NCBI GenBank assembly: GCA_001552015.1 | Contig: CP010514.1 | Location: 90,001 to 122,000 of the forward strand | Length of the DNA stretch: 32,000 nucleotides | Direction: 5' to 3' | From: Candidatus Nanopusillus acidilobi | Lineage (GTDB): Archaea; Nanobdellota; Nanobdellia; Nanobdellales; Nanobdellaceae | Shown here: positions 7,997 to 18,357 of the stretch, one piece after another | Layout: the number at the start of each line of letters is the position of its first letter | Position numbering within the stretch: the stretch's first letter is position 1 | Translations under genes and position numbers: made by a program | Notes under the pieces: model-generated | Seen by the model: the letters and a program-made list of their open reading frames with translations, nothing else | Told to the model about the DNA's origin: nothing | The model's database searches: none

Positions 7997-8404
7997 TTAA
8001 TAATATATTACAAATTCCATATCCTTTTCTTTCCTCAATTCTTCTATTAATTTTCTGTCAATATCAATAGCACTCTTATTTGAATTTATTGCCAAAGTTC
8101 TATCGTCAATATAATTACTCTTTCTTATAACAATACTTCTATCATTTGTTAATAATAAATTTTTTGAACCATATGCAATTATATCATCTATCAAATCATC
8201 AACTTTAATTACAATCTTTATTTTTCCTTCATTTAATAAATGATATTTAAGATCTTCTGGTAGATCTTTTACAGAATAATTTGCATTTATCCCAATTATG
8301 CAATCTCCTCTTTCAGTTAAAAAATTATCCTTAGTAATTTCTAGAGTACTTTTATGTGTTGCTTTTATTAATTTATTTCCCCTAGCTTTTATTACTAATT
8401 TCAT
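7997..8404 (-). CDS. Conserved archaeal protein, DUF371-like
   Basis: 135 aa. The motif THKSTLEITKDNFLTERGDCIIGINA matches my recollection of the DUF371 signature (H..T.E.TKD..LT..GDCIIGV). Not verifiable here. Confidence 0.45.
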   Translation of the reverse strand: MKLVIKARGNKLIKATHKSTLEITKDNFLTERGDCIIGINANYSVKDLPEDLKYHLLNEGKIKIVIKVDDLIDDIIAYGSKNLLLTNDRSIVIRKSNYIDDRTLAINSNKSAIDIDRKLIEELRKEKDMEFVIYY

Positions 8405-9233
8405 TTAAGTAATTTAATATTTCTCTTGTAACATTTCTATTTAAATATTTGTCAAATCCTTCATATTGAAATATATGATGTAAATCTATTAAATAATATT
8501 GATTGTCTTTTAATAATAGATCAAATCCAAATATTTGTAAGTCGCATTTTTCCATAATTTTATATCCAATATCTATTATTTCTTCATCCAATTCATATGG
8601 TCTTCCATATCCTCCCTGACTAATATTTGCCTTAAAACTATTTTTATTAATTCTCTGCATTGCACCAATTGGTTTTCCTACAAAAATTACCCTTATATCT
8701 CTCTCATAAGGTATATATTTTTGAAATATTAGATGTTTTAAATTTATTTTCTTTTCTAATAAATATTTTTCCAAAAAATTATATAATTCTTTTTCATTAT
8801 CTATTTTGTGTACAAATTCTCCTCTATGAGCAAACTGATGCTTTATTACCATTGGAAATCCTATTTTATTTATTACATATTCTATGTTATCTATTGAGTA
8901 TATTTTCACAAATTCTGGAATCTTTACATATTTATTAAGAATGCTATAAAATAAAGTTTTTGATATTATAGATTCTTTAGTATGTATGCTATTTATTACT
9001 TTTTTTCCATTTTTTTCAAGATATTTTGCTAGAAAGTGTATATCTGATAAAAAAGTTGATCCAATGAAAAAGTAATATACATCATAGTTTAATATTTTTT
9101 CATTATATGGAAATATATTGTCCTTTTCTATATCAATAATGCTAATGTTATTATAATTTTTTATTTCCTCTTTCAATCTTATCATTCTATAATCTTCTAA
9201 ATCAGTTTTTACGAATATGGCTACTCTACCCAT
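8382..9233 (-). CDS. ATP-grasp ligase, RimK/LysX-like
   Basis: 283 aa. GFPMVIKHQFAHRGEFVHKI (compare PvVvKP..GS.G.GV), DIRVIFVG..IGAMQR...FKANISQGG (compare DiRv.vvG..v.am.R...fr.N...Gg) and IFGFDLL. It overlaps the DUF371 gene by 23 nt. Confidence 0.65.
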   Translation of the reverse strand: MGRVAIFVKTDLEDYRMIRLKEEIKNYNNISIIDIEKDNIFPYNEKILNYDVYYFFIGSTFLSDIHFLAKYLEKNGKKVINSIHTKESIISKTLFYSILNKYVKIPEFVKIYSIDNIEYVINKIGFPMVIKHQFAHRGEFVHKIDNEKELYNFLEKYLLEKKINLKHLIFQKYIPYERDIRVIFVGKPIGAMQRINKNSFKANISQGGYGRPYELDEEIIDIGYKIMEKCDLQIFGFDLLLKDNQYYLIDLHHIFQYEGFDKYLNRNVTREILNYLNEISNKS

Positions 9234-9283
9234 TTTTAATATCTAGGAGGTAAAGTTATAAGTTTTTATGAAAAATTAAATAA

Positions 9284-9598
9284 ATGGGTAAATCTACTAA
9301 AAGGTCTAAATCTAAAAAAACTTCTAAAGTTAATAAACCTAAAAAAGATTTAAGGGAATTATCTGAAATTGATATAACAAAACATTATTTAGTACCAAAA
9401 CATATAATATTATCTGAAGAAGAAAAGAAGGAATTATTGGAAAAGTATAAGGTATCTTTATTAGATTTACCAAAGATCAAAATCTCGGATCCTGCATTAA
9501 AGAATCTAAATGCTAAGCCAGGGGATGTTGTTAAGATTATAAGGAATAATCCATGGATTGGGGAAGAAGTATATTATAGAGTTGTTGTTGAGGATTAA
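9284..9598 (+). CDS. rpoH: DNA-directed RNA polymerase subunit H (Rpo5), with a basic N-terminal extension
   Basis: 104 aa. [57 protein letters not shown]...YRVVV is the Rpb5/RpoH C-terminal domain. It sits at the head of the rpoB/rpoA operon. Confidence 0.85.
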   Translation: MGKSTKRSKSKKTSKVNKPKKDLRELSEIDITKHYLVPKHIILSEEEKKELLEKYKVSLLDLPKIKISDPALKNLNAKPGDVVKIIRNNPWIGEEVYYRVVVED

Positions 9599-9630
9599 GC
9601 TTATAAGGATATCATATATATAAATAAAAA

Positions 9631-11148
9631 GTGGCTAATAATAATATAGATAATTATATCTTATTCTATAAATACTTGGAGGAAAATGATCTCTTAGGAG
9701 TACAACTAAGGTCCTTTGAATACTTCGTTGATGTAGAAATGACAAAGATTGGAAGGGAATTGGGAACATTTTCTCCAAGATTATTGGCTCCAGGATTAAG
9801 AGATTTACAATTTAAAATAGAAAGATTGTGGTTGGGGAAGGCAGATTTTATGGAGAAAGAAGGGGTTTCCAGATTAATATATCCAATAGAAGCTAGAATT
9901 AGAGGACTTACATATGCTGGAACAGTATATATGGAATTTTCTGTATATGAAAACGAAACATTTAAGAGTAAATATCAAGTAGCTATTGGTAGATTGCCAA
10001 TAATGGTTAGATCAAAATATTGTAATACTTATGGATTATCTGAAGAGGAATTAATAAGAATTGGAGAAGATCCGACAGATAGAGGTGGATATTTTATTAT
10101 TAATGGAAATGAAAAATTAATTATATTGTCTGAAGAACTTGCTACAAACAAATTTTATGTTCAAAAAGAATCTGGTTCTATAAAATATAGTGGATATTTA
10201 TTATCAGAATCTTTAACTCAATTAAAGGCTCATAGAATGGAAATGACAAAAGATGGTTTATTATATTTATCATTTGAGAAATATAAAAGGATTCCTTTAA
10301 TACCTTTAGTAAGGGCTCTGGGTTTAGAAAAGGATGTTGAAATAAATCAACTAATTTCTGAAGGGGATGATTTTGAAGAAGTATATATTAATTTATTGGA
10401 ATTCCAAGATATAAAAACTTCTGAGGATGCAATAAGATATTTGGCTGATAAATTAAAATTAACAGGATCTCCAGAAGTTAAAAAAGAAAAATTATTATCA
10501 ATACTAGATAATTTATTATTACCGAATATTGGAACATCACCGAATGATAGATTATTAAAGGCATACAATTTATTGAAGATGGCAAGAAAGTTATTATTAT
10601 TAGCTCATGAAAAAATTGATGAAGATGTAAAAGATCACTTTGCAAATAAAATAGTTAGAACACCTGGAGAACTAATAAGAGAATATTTCTTAGTTACTTT
10701 AAGAACATTGATGACAGATGCAATGTATCAATATGAAAGGTTGGTGAAAAGAGGGAAGATACCTTCATATACATCTATATTTAGATCAAAAATATTTAGT
10801 GAGAGATTTGAAAATGTAATGGCTATTGGAAAATGGACAAGGAATAGAACTGGAATTGCGCAAGCTTTAGATAGAACAAATAAAATTTCTGTTTTATCTC
10901 ATCTAACAAGGGTTGTTTCTTCAATATCTAGTGAAGCTGAATTATTAGAAGCAAGAATGGCTCATGGTACTCATTGGGGTAGATTAGATTTAATAGAAAC
11001 ACCTGAAGGTCATGAAACTGGATTAAGAAAAAATAAAACAATATTAGCAAAAATAAGTTTTGAAGAGATTGATAAAAATGAATTAATTAGGAAATTGGAG
11101 GATATAGGATTAAGGCCAATAGTTAAAAATGTTTCAGATAAAAAATAA
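9631..11148 (+). CDS. rpoB2: DNA-directed RNA polymerase subunit B'' (N-terminal part of split Rpo2)
   Basis: 505 aa with a GTG start. Typical Rpb2 N-terminal motifs (GGYFIINGNEKLII, IETPEGHETGL). It is followed 2 nt later by B'. Confidence 0.9.
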   Translation: MANNNIDNYILFYKYLEENDLLGVQLRSFEYFVDVEMTKIGRELGTFSPRLLAPGLRDLQFKIERLWLGKADFMEKEGVSRLIYPIEARIRGLTYAGTVYMEFSVYENETFKSKYQVAIGRLPIMVRSKYCNTYGLSEEELIRIGEDPTDRGGYFIINGNEKLIILSEELATNKFYVQKESGSIKYSGYLLSESLTQLKAHRMEMTKDGLLYLSFEKYKRIPLIPLVRALGLEKDVEINQLISEGDDFEEVYINLLEFQDIKTSEDAIRYLADKLKLTGSPEVKKEKLLSILDNLLLPNIGTSPNDRLLKAYNLLKMARKLLLLAHEKIDEDVKDHFANKIVRTPGELIREYFLVTLRTLMTDAMYQYERLVKRGKIPSYTSIFRSKIFSERFENVMAIGKWTRNRTGIAQALDRTNKISVLSHLTRVVSSISSEAELLEARMAHGTHWGRLDLIETPEGHETGLRKNKTILAKISFEEIDKNELIRKLEDIGLRPIVKNVSDKK

Positions 11149-11150
11149 AA

Positions 11151-12953
11151 ATGGCATATGAGGTTTATGTAGATAGTATTTTTGTTGGATATGTTGATGA
11201 TGTTAATAAATTTATTGAAGAATTTAAGGAGAAGAGAAGAAAAGGTATTATTCCATATTTTGTAAATATACATTTTGATGAAACAAGGAATGTTATAGAG
11301 ATATTAACAAGAAAAGGAAGGATTTTAAGACCTTTGATTGTTGTAAAAGATGGAAAGCTATTATTAACAAAGGAGCATATTGAAAAATTAAAGAGAGGAG
11401 AAATAAAATGGTCTGATTTAGAAAAGGAAGGTATAATTGAATGGGTTGATCCTGCTGAAGAAGAAAATTTAAATGTTGCATTATATCCTGAAGATATAAA
11501 GGAAAATACAACTCATTTAGAGTTATCTTCTCTAGTAATATTTGGTATAGCTACATCTTTAGTTCCATTTTCAAATAGAAATCAATCTGCAAGATTAAAT
11601 AGAGGTGTTAGACCACAGAGACAGGCTCATGCTATATATTCATTGAATTTCCATAATAGATTCGATACTGATATATCAATTTTATATTATCCTCAATATC
11701 CGATTACTAGAACATTTTCTTTTAATATATTTAAGGATGATTATGCAATAGGACAAAATGTAATTGTTGCTGTAATGACACAGGAAGGATATAATATTGA
11801 AGATGCAATTATCATGAATAAAGGTTCAATAGATAGGGGTTTATTTAGATCTGTGTATTTTAGATCTTATGAAATAGAAAGATTAAGATATTCTGGAGGA
11901 TTACAAGATGAAATTACAATTCCAGATCCTTCTGTAGAATTATATAGAGGAAAAGATAAATATAAAAATTTAGAAGAAGATGGAATTGTTTCTGTCGAAT
12001 CATTTGTAAAGCCTGAAGAAGTTCTTGTTGGTAGGGTATCACCCCCAAGATTTATTGGTTTAACTTCTGAATCTATTGCAACAGGTTTAAGAAAGAAGGA
12101 TTCTTCATTAACTACTGGTAGTGGGGAAGAAGGGTGGGTAGATAAGGTTGTAATAACAGAATCTGATGATGGAAATTTATTAGTTAGGATAAAATTAAGG
12201 GACTTAAGAATTCCAGAACTTGGAGATAAATTTTCTGTAAGACATGGACAGAAAGGTGTTTTGGGAATGATTGTTGACCCATCAGATATGCCTTGGTCAT
12301 CTTCAGGTCTTGTTCCAGATATAATATTTTCTCCTGCTGGAATTCCTTCAAGAGAAACTGTTGGTTTATTATTAGAATTGCTTGCTGGAAAGATTGGTAG
12401 TTTAAATGGAAGGTATGTTGATGGAACTCCATGGTATGGAGAAAGTGAAGAAGAATTAAGGAAAGAATTATTATCTTTAGGATTTAGAGAAGATGGAACA
12501 GAAACATTATATAATCCTTTAACTGGAGATGAATTTAAAGTCAAAATATTTATTGGAAGTATTTATTATTTAAGATTAAAATATATGGCAAAGAACAAAT
12601 TACAAGCAAGAGCAACAGGTCCTGTTACTTTATTAACAAGACAACCAACAGAAGGTAAATCAAAGAAAGGTGGTTTGAAATTCAGTGAAATGGAACATGA
12701 AGTTCTTGCTGCTCATGGTGCTTCTATATTATTAAGGGAAATGTATTCTTCTGATGATACAACAATTTATGTTTGTGAAAAATGTGGTTCTCTTGCTGTT
12801 GAAGATAATATAAGAAATAGGGTTTATTGTCCTGTTTGTGGTGAAACTGAAAAAATATCAAAAGTTAAGGTTTCTTATGCATTCTACTTATTATTAAATG
12901 AATTAATTTCTCTTGGAATTTGGCCTAAGCTTAAGTTAAATTATAAGTTTTAA
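11151..12953 (+). CDS. rpoB1: DNA-directed RNA polymerase subunit B' (C-terminal part of split Rpo2)
   Basis: 600 aa. GDKFSVRHGQKGV, GGLKFSEMEHEVLAAHGA and the C-terminal Zn ribbon CEKCG...CPVCG. Confidence 0.92.
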   Translation: MAYEVYVDSIFVGYVDDVNKFIEEFKEKRRKGIIPYFVNIHFDETRNVIEILTRKGRILRPLIVVKDGKLLLTKEHIEKLKRGEIKWSDLEKEGIIEWVDPAEEENLNVALYPEDIKENTTHLELSSLVIFGIATSLVPFSNRNQSARLNRGVRPQRQAHAIYSLNFHNRFDTDISILYYPQYPITRTFSFNIFKDDYAIGQNVIVAVMTQEGYNIEDAIIMNKGSIDRGLFRSVYFRSYEIERLRYSGGLQDEITIPDPSVELYRGKDKYKNLEEDGIVSVESFVKPEEVLVGRVSPPRFIGLTSESIATGLRKKDSSLTTGSGEEGWVDKVVITESDDGNLLVRIKLRDLRIPELGDKFSVRHGQKGVLGMIVDPSDMPWSSSGLVPDIIFSPAGIPSRETVGLLLELLAGKIGSLNGRYVDGTPWYGESEEELRKELLSLGFREDGTETLYNPLTGDEFKVKIFIGSIYYLRLKYMAKNKLQARATGPVTLLTRQPTEGKSKKGGLKFSEMEHEVLAAHGASILLREMYSSDDTTIYVCEKCGSLAVEDNIRNRVYCPVCGETEKISKVKVSYAFYLLLNELISLGIWPKLKLNYKF

Positions 12954-15625
12954 TGATGGACGATATATTTTTCAAAAGAATTTCTGAAATTCAATATTCC
13001 CTATTAAGTCCAGATACAATAAGAAAAATGTCTGCAGCAAAAATAATTGTATCAGAGTTATATGATGAAGATGGAACCCCAATAAGGGGTGGATTAATGG
13101 ATTTAAGATTGGGAGTAGTAGATCCAAGTTATGTATGTGAAACATGTGGAAAAACTGCAGGAAAGTGCCTTGGTCATTTTGGTCATATTGAATTAGCAAG
13201 ACCAGTATTGCATCCAGAATTTTTGCCAATTGTTAAAGAATTAGTAAATGCTGTTTGTCATAATTGTGGTCATGTAAAATTAACGAAAGAAGAAAGAGAA
13301 TTTGCATTAAATAAAATAGAAAAGTATAAAAATGCAAAAAGATGGAATAAATTATATAAATTTATAGTTAAGTTTGTATATTCTAGAGCTAAAAAAAGAT
13401 CAAAATGTCCTGTATGTGGATATGAAAATCCAAAAGTTGAATTTAGAAAACCATTTCACTTTTATGTTAAGGATAAGGAAAATGAAAGAAGAATGTATCC
13501 TGTTGAAATAAGATCAATATTTGAAAAAATACCAAATGAAGATTTACCATTAATTGGATTTGATCCATCATCTTCTAGACCAGAATGGATGATATTAACA
13601 GTTTTACCTGTACCTCCAGTAACAATGAGACCTTCGATAGTTTTGGAAACTGGAGAGAGAGCAGAAGATGATTTAACTCATAAATTGGTTGATATTGTAA
13701 GAACAAATCAAAGATTAAAAGAAGATATAACAACAGGAGCCCCTCAAGTTATTGTAGATGATATATATAATTTATTACAATATCATGTATTTACATATTT
13801 CAATAATACCTTACCAAATGTCCCGAAGGCTCAACATAGATCTGGAAAACCATTAAAATCATTAGTTGAAAGAATCTCTGGAAAGGAAGGAATAATTAGA
13901 AGATATTTGCTTGGAAAAAGAATAAATTATAGTTCAAGGGCAGTTATTAGTCCAGATACGAAAATAAAACCAAATGAGGTTGGAATACCATTATATGTTG
14001 CAAAAACATTAACAGTTCCTGAAAGGGTTACTGAATGGAATATTGAAAAAATGAGGGAATATATATTGAATGGACCTGAAAAATATCCAGGTGCAAATTA
14101 TGTAATATCTCCGGATGGAAGAAAAAGAGTAATTACTGAAGAAAATAAAGAAACAATTGCCTCAATGATTGCACCAGGATGGATTGTTGAAAGACATTTA
14201 ATGGATGGAGATATTGTATTACTATTAAGATATCCTTCTTTACATAGATTATCAATGATGGGTCATTATGCTAAAATACTTCCAGGAAATACTTTTAGAA
14301 TAAATCCAATAATATGTAGACCTTATAATGCAGATTTTGATGGAGATGAGATGAATGTATTCTTACCAAGAAGTGAGGAAGCAAGAGCAGAAGCAGAATT
14401 TTTAGCAGAAATATCAAATAATTATATTACTCCAAGGTATGGGGACTTTATTGTTGGTATGATTCAAGAAATGATAACAGGATTATATTTAATAACGCAG
14501 GATGATGTAAAAATACCAATTAATCAAGCTGCACAGTTAGTATATATGTCTAATGCTAATGATAAAGATTTAGATAAATTATCTAATATTATTAAAAAAG
14601 CTAAAGAAGAAGGTAGAGATTATTTAACTGGAAAGGAAGTTGCTTCAATATTTTTGCCAGATGACTTTAATTTTGAAAATGATAAAATAAAGATAGAAAA
14701 TGGAATGATAGTCAGAGGATATCTTGATTCAAGTTTAATAAAGGCAGAAAAAGGTAGATTATTTGTTGTATTATATAAATTATATGGAAAAGAATATTTA
14801 ACAGATTTATTACAAAAATATAGCTTATTAGGAATATATTATCAATATAATTTAGGAATTACAATGTCTATTTCAGATTTTGATTTACCAAAAGAAGCAA
14901 AAGAAGAAATAAAAAAGATAGTAGATGATACACAAAAAACAGTGGATGATCTATATAAGCAATATACTGAAGGAACTCTTGAAAGGATTGCTGGTAGAAG
15001 TTTACAGGAAACATATGAATTAAAATCTATGCAGACAATATCTGAAAGTGTTACAAAAATACAAGATGTTCTTAGGAAATATATGAAAAAAGATACTGGT
15101 ACATATATTATGTCTGTAACTGGTGCAAGAGGTGATTGGCAGAATGCTGTTAGGATGGTTGGATCTTTAGGATTTCAAGCATTTAGAGGAAGATTTATAG
15201 ATTTTGGTTATAGAGGAAGGAATTTATCAATATTTGAAAGAAATGTATATCATCCAAAATATCATGGTTGGGTAATAAGTTCTTATAGAGATGGATTAAA
15301 ACCATGGGAAATGTTCTTCCATGCATTACCTGGTAGGGATTCTTTAATGGATACTGCAATAAGAACTGCTCAATCTGGATATTTCTATAGAAGATTAGTA
15401 TTAAGTTTATATGATCTACATGTAAATGATGATTTAACTGTTAGAGATGCCTATAATAGGATTGTACAATTTGTTTATGGAGGTGATGGTGTTGCAGTAC
15501 ATAAATCAATAAATGGAAAATTAGATGTAAATTTACTGGCCCAAATTTTAAAACCTTATGTCGAAAATAATAAAGATGGAACTACCAGAAAAAATAAAAA
15601 AGGATCTAGAAAAAATAGAAGATGA
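12953..15625 (+). CDS. rpoA1: DNA-directed RNA polymerase subunit A' (Rpo1N)
   Basis: 890 aa. The Zn site is CETCGKTAGKCLGHFGHIEL. The catalytic motif is YNADFDGDEMNV. TAATG overlap with rpoB1. Confidence 0.93.
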   Translation: MMDDIFFKRISEIQYSLLSPDTIRKMSAAKIIVSELYDEDGTPIRGGLMDLRLGVVDPSYVCETCGKTAGKCLGHFGHIELARPVLHPEFLPIVKELVNAVCHNCGHVKLTKEEREFALNKIEKYKNAKRWNKLYKFIVKFVYSRAKKRSKCPVCGYENPKVEFRKPFHFYVKDKENERRMYPVEIRSIFEKIPNEDLPLIGFDPSSSRPEWMILTVLPVPPVTMRPSIVLETGERAEDDLTHKLVDIVRTNQRLKEDITTGAPQVIVDDIYNLLQYHVFTYFNNTLPNVPKAQHRSGKPLKSLVERISGKEGIIRRYLLGKRINYSSRAVISPDTKIKPNEVGIPLYVAKTLTVPERVTEWNIEKMREYILNGPEKYPGANYVISPDGRKRVITEENKETIASMIAPGWIVERHLMDGDIVLLLRYPSLHRLSMMGHYAKILPGNTFRINPIICRPYNADFDGDEMNVFLPRSEEARAEAEFLAEISNNYITPRYGDFIVGMIQEMITGLYLITQDDVKIPINQAAQLVYMSNANDKDLDKLSNIIKKAKEEGRDYLTGKEVASIFLPDDFNFENDKIKIENGMIVRGYLDSSLIKAEKGRLFVVLYKLYGKEYLTDLLQKYSLLGIYYQYNLGITMSISDFDLPKEAKEEIKKIVDDTQKTVDDLYKQYTEGTLERIAGRSLQETYELKSMQTISESVTKIQDVLRKYMKKDTGTYIMSVTGARGDWQNAVRMVGSLGFQAFRGRFIDFGYRGRNLSIFERNVYHPKYHGWVISSYRDGLKPWEMFFHALPGRDSLMDTAIRTAQSGYFYRRLVLSLYDLHVNDDLTVRDAYNRIVQFVYGGDGVAVHKSINGKLDVNLLAQILKPYVENNKDGTTRKNKKGSRKNRR

Positions 15626-16676
15626 AAAATTAAGAAAAATTGTAGAAGATTTTTCATATAAATTTATAATAGATCCAGGTGAACCTGCTGGTATAGTTGC
15701 TGCTCAATCAATTGCAGAACCAACTACACAGATGATATTAAGATCATTCCACTTTGTAGGTATATCTGCTCAGCAGGTTTCTTTGGGTTTACCTAGAATC
15801 ACAGAAATTACTGATGCAAAAAAGAAAATGAAACAGAGATATATGATAATAAGGTTATTGGATGAATATAAAAATGATTTAAATGTAGTCCAAAATGTTG
15901 CAAAAAAGATAAAGGAATTATTATTGGAAGATCTCTTATCATCAATAACATTGGATGTATTTGAAAATAAAATAATTATTAGTTTGGATAAAGAAAAATT
16001 GAAGAATGAAGAATTAACATTTGATGAAGTATATAGAATATTAAAAAAGAAAATAAAGAAATATAAGGTTGAGAGTGATAAGCAAAATATATATGTAATT
16101 GCTTCAAAATTATCTGCTAGGGAATTATATTTGCTTAAAGAAATGGTAAAGAAAATATTAATAAAAGGAATAAAAGGAATTAAGGATGCAACTATATATA
16201 AGGATGAAAAAAATAACGAATATGTAATATATACTGTTGGATCTAATTTATTAGAAATTATGAAAATACCGGAGGTAGATTATACAAGAGTATATACAAA
16301 TGATCTAAGAGAAATAGAAAAGGTTTTTGGAATAGAAGCTACTAGAGCTGCAATATTACAGGAATTAGTTAAATTATATGAAGATCAGGGTCTTAGTGTA
16401 AATGTAAGACACTTTATGTTAGTAGCAGATATGTTGACATGGTATGGTACATATTTAGGTATAAATAGATATGGATTACATGCAGAAAAAGAATCTACAT
16501 TATCAAAAGCAGCATTTGAAACTCCAATTTCTATATTTGTTAGGTCTTCAATGATGGGACAGTCTGATAAGGTATTAAGTGGAATAGATAATGTTATAAT
16601 GAATCAACCAATATACTTAGGTACAGGTTTATATGATATATATTTTGTAGGAAATAAAAAGGAAGATAAGGAATAA
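15558..16676 (+). CDS. rpoA2: DNA-directed RNA polymerase subunit A'' (Rpo1C)
   Basis: 372 aa. GEPAGIVAAQSIAEPTTQMILRSFHFVG and FGIEATRAAILQEL. The start may be the later Met at 15576. It overlaps the 3' end of rpoA1 out of frame. Confidence 0.9.
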   Translation: MSKIIKMELPEKIKKDLEKIEDEKLRKIVEDFSYKFIIDPGEPAGIVAAQSIAEPTTQMILRSFHFVGISAQQVSLGLPRITEITDAKKKMKQRYMIIRLLDEYKNDLNVVQNVAKKIKELLLEDLLSSITLDVFENKIIISLDKEKLKNEELTFDEVYRILKKKIKKYKVESDKQNIYVIASKLSARELYLLKEMVKKILIKGIKGIKDATIYKDEKNNEYVIYTVGSNLLEIMKIPEVDYTRVYTNDLREIEKVFGIEATRAAILQELVKLYEDQGLSVNVRHFMLVADMLTWYGTYLGINRYGLHAEKESTLSKAAFETPISIFVRSSMMGQSDKVLSGIDNVIMNQPIYLGTGLYDIYFVGNKKEDKE

Positions 16677-16702
16677 AAATATTTTTTATATAGATAAATT
16701 TT

Positions 16703-16975
16703 ATGGTAACATTTGATGATTTAAGAAAGAAAATTGTTGATGAGAAAAAGATAGTTATTGGATATAATAGAACTTTGAAAAAGATTAAAAGAGGAGAGGT
16801 AGAAAAAATATTTTTAGCAAAAAATGTTCCTGAAAATATAAAAAAGGACATAGAATATTATCAGAAGTTGGGAAATTTTGAAGTAGAGGTATTAAATTAC
16901 TCAAATGAAGAAGTAGGTTTGCTATTGAAAAAGCCATTTAAAATTTCTGTTATATCTATATTAAAGAATGGCTAA
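16703..16975 (+). CDS. rpl30e: Ribosomal protein L30e
   Basis: 90 aa with the L7Ae/L30e-like pattern ([37 protein letters not shown]...[14 protein letters not shown]). It is in the canonical position after rpoA2. Confidence 0.8.
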   Translation: MVTFDDLRKKIVDEKKIVIGYNRTLKKIKRGEVEKIFLAKNVPENIKKDIEYYQKLGNFEVEVLNYSNEEVGLLLKKPFKISVISILKNG

Positions 16976-17396
16976 TGGATTATTTGCTGCTAAGAAATTA
17001 GTTGAAAATAGAAAAAAATTTAGATGGAGTAAGAAAGAATGGAAGAGAAGAATATTGAAATTAAAAGAAAAATATGATCCTTTGGAAGGAAGTCCAATGG
17101 CATCAGGAATTGTATTAGAAAAAGTACAGATTGAAAAAAGACAGCCATATTCTGGAATGATAAAATGTGTAAAAGTGCAATTAAAGAAAAATGGAAAAAT
17201 TGTTACATCATTTGCTCCAGGTGATAAGGCAATAAAATATATTGATGAACATGATGAAGTATTAATAGTTGGAATAGGAGGACCAAAGGGAAGAACTATA
17301 GGTTCAATACCTGGAGTAAGATATAAGGTAATACTAGTAAATGGACAACCTTTGGAATTATTAAGAAAGGGTAAGATAGAAAAAGCTAGAAGATAG
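16968..17396 (+). CDS. rps12: Ribosomal protein S12 (uS12)
   Basis: 142 aa. [50 protein letters not shown]...[14 protein letters not shown]...IPGVRYKV. It overlaps the rpl30e stop by 8 nt. Confidence 0.9.
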   Translation: MANGLFAAKKLVENRKKFRWSKKEWKRRILKLKEKYDPLEGSPMASGIVLEKVQIEKRQPYSGMIKCVKVQLKKNGKIVTSFAPGDKAIKYIDEHDEVLIVGIGGPKGRTIGSIPGVRYKVILVNGQPLELLRKGKIEKARR

Positions 17397-17480
17397 TTTC
17401 TTATTTTAATAATTTTATATATGCAATTTTATTATAGAAAGAAGAAGAAATAGTTGCTATTTTCTAATAACAAAAACAAT

Positions 17481-17490
17481 ATTTATATAA
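17481..17490 (+). promoter_or_regulatory. Candidate TATA box (ATTTATATAA) 21-30 nt upstream of the ATG at 17511 (leaderless-type spacing)
   Basis: Sequence and spacing only. The AT-rich background makes chance matches likely. Confidence 0.3.
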
Positions 17491-17510
17491 TTTTATTACA
17501 TAAAAAATAA

Positions 17511-18326
17511 ATGGTATATAGCCTATTGGTAGCTATAGGTTATTATATTGGTTTTTTAGTAGTAGGTGGCTTAATAGGTTATTTTGTTGGATGGATAGTA
17601 TATAAAGTATTGGACTGGCTATTTGCAAAATATATAAAAATAGGGAATTTATATGAGAAATTAAAATCAACATTTAGCAAAATGCCAGAAATAAATGTAG
17701 CAAGCCTATTATCATATTTAGTTGGAATAATATTAGGAATATTAGTATTTAATGATATATTGTCATTGATGCCAAATGTATTAACAGCAACACAGTATTC
17801 TTATGTAACTAATGTATTACAATGGACAATGATGGTTTCTTCTTCATTATTGTTAATATCGATAGTTGTATTAATAATAGCAGCTGGTGTAATATTCTCA
17901 ATATTCTTTACATCATATCTATATATATTAATTGAAGGATATAATGAATATGTAGCAGAATTATTGAAACTATTACTATTTGTAGGATTTGTATGGATAA
18001 TAACATACTATTCTCTAGGATTATTAGGATTCCAATCTACATTATTTAATAATATAATAAGTGTATTTGTTGTATTATCAATTGGATTAATTGTAATGAA
18101 GTATATAACAGAAAATGTAAACGAAAATTCATATTATAAGAATGTAAAACCATTCATTCAAGTATTTATATATTCAATATTCGTTATATCATCGCTATCA
18201 GTATTAACTGTTGGATATTCAAATATTTCAACAAGTATAGAGAGCATATTTGCATGGGGCTTCGTAGTACTATTTGTACTAACACTAATACCAATTTTAG
18301 TTAAGGCAATAAGAGAATCAGAATAA
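17511..18326 (+). CDS. Polytopic membrane protein of unknown function (about 7 TM helices)
   Basis: 271-aa ORF, strongly hydrophobic throughout, with its own upstream TATA-like box. No family recognised. Confidence 0.6.
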   Translation: MVYSLLVAIGYYIGFLVVGGLIGYFVGWIVYKVLDWLFAKYIKIGNLYEKLKSTFSKMPEINVASLLSYLVGIILGILVFNDILSLMPNVLTATQYSYVTNVLQWTMMVSSSLLLISIVVLIIAAGVIFSIFFTSYLYILIEGYNEYVAELLKLLLFVGFVWIITYYSLGLLGFQSTLFNNIISVFVVLSIGLIVMKYITENVNENSYYKNVKPFIQVFIYSIFVISSLSVLTVGYSNISTSIESIFAWGFVVLFVLTLIPILVKAIRESE

Positions 18327-18357
18327 TTTTTTAATTTATCTTTTAATATTATTTTTA

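Noticed and set aside
9246-9251. GGAGGT upstream of rpoH as a Shine-Dalgarno site
   Set aside because: It lies about 32 nt upstream of the ATG, too far for an SD interaction. It sits within a divergent promoter region where a TATA-like AAAGTTATAAG box fits better.
11867-12544. 225-aa and 82-aa minus-strand ORFs inside rpoB'
   Set aside because: They are antisense to a strongly conserved RNA polymerase gene. The products are Ser/Pro-rich with no motifs. The same reasoning applies to 10347-10568, 11010-11273, 11293-11511, 12972-13229, 16594-16851, 18158-18439, 18581-18778, 22002-22205, 8660-8938, 2599-2829, 3624-3875 and 27886-28101.
15558-15625. 68-nt out-of-frame overlap between rpoA1 and rpoA2; considered as a possible frameshift or fusion signal
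   Set aside because: Both products are of normal length with intact conserved ends. rpoA2 may start at the later Met (15576). Overlapping split-subunit genes are ordinary in compact archaeal operons, and no slippery heptamer is evident.
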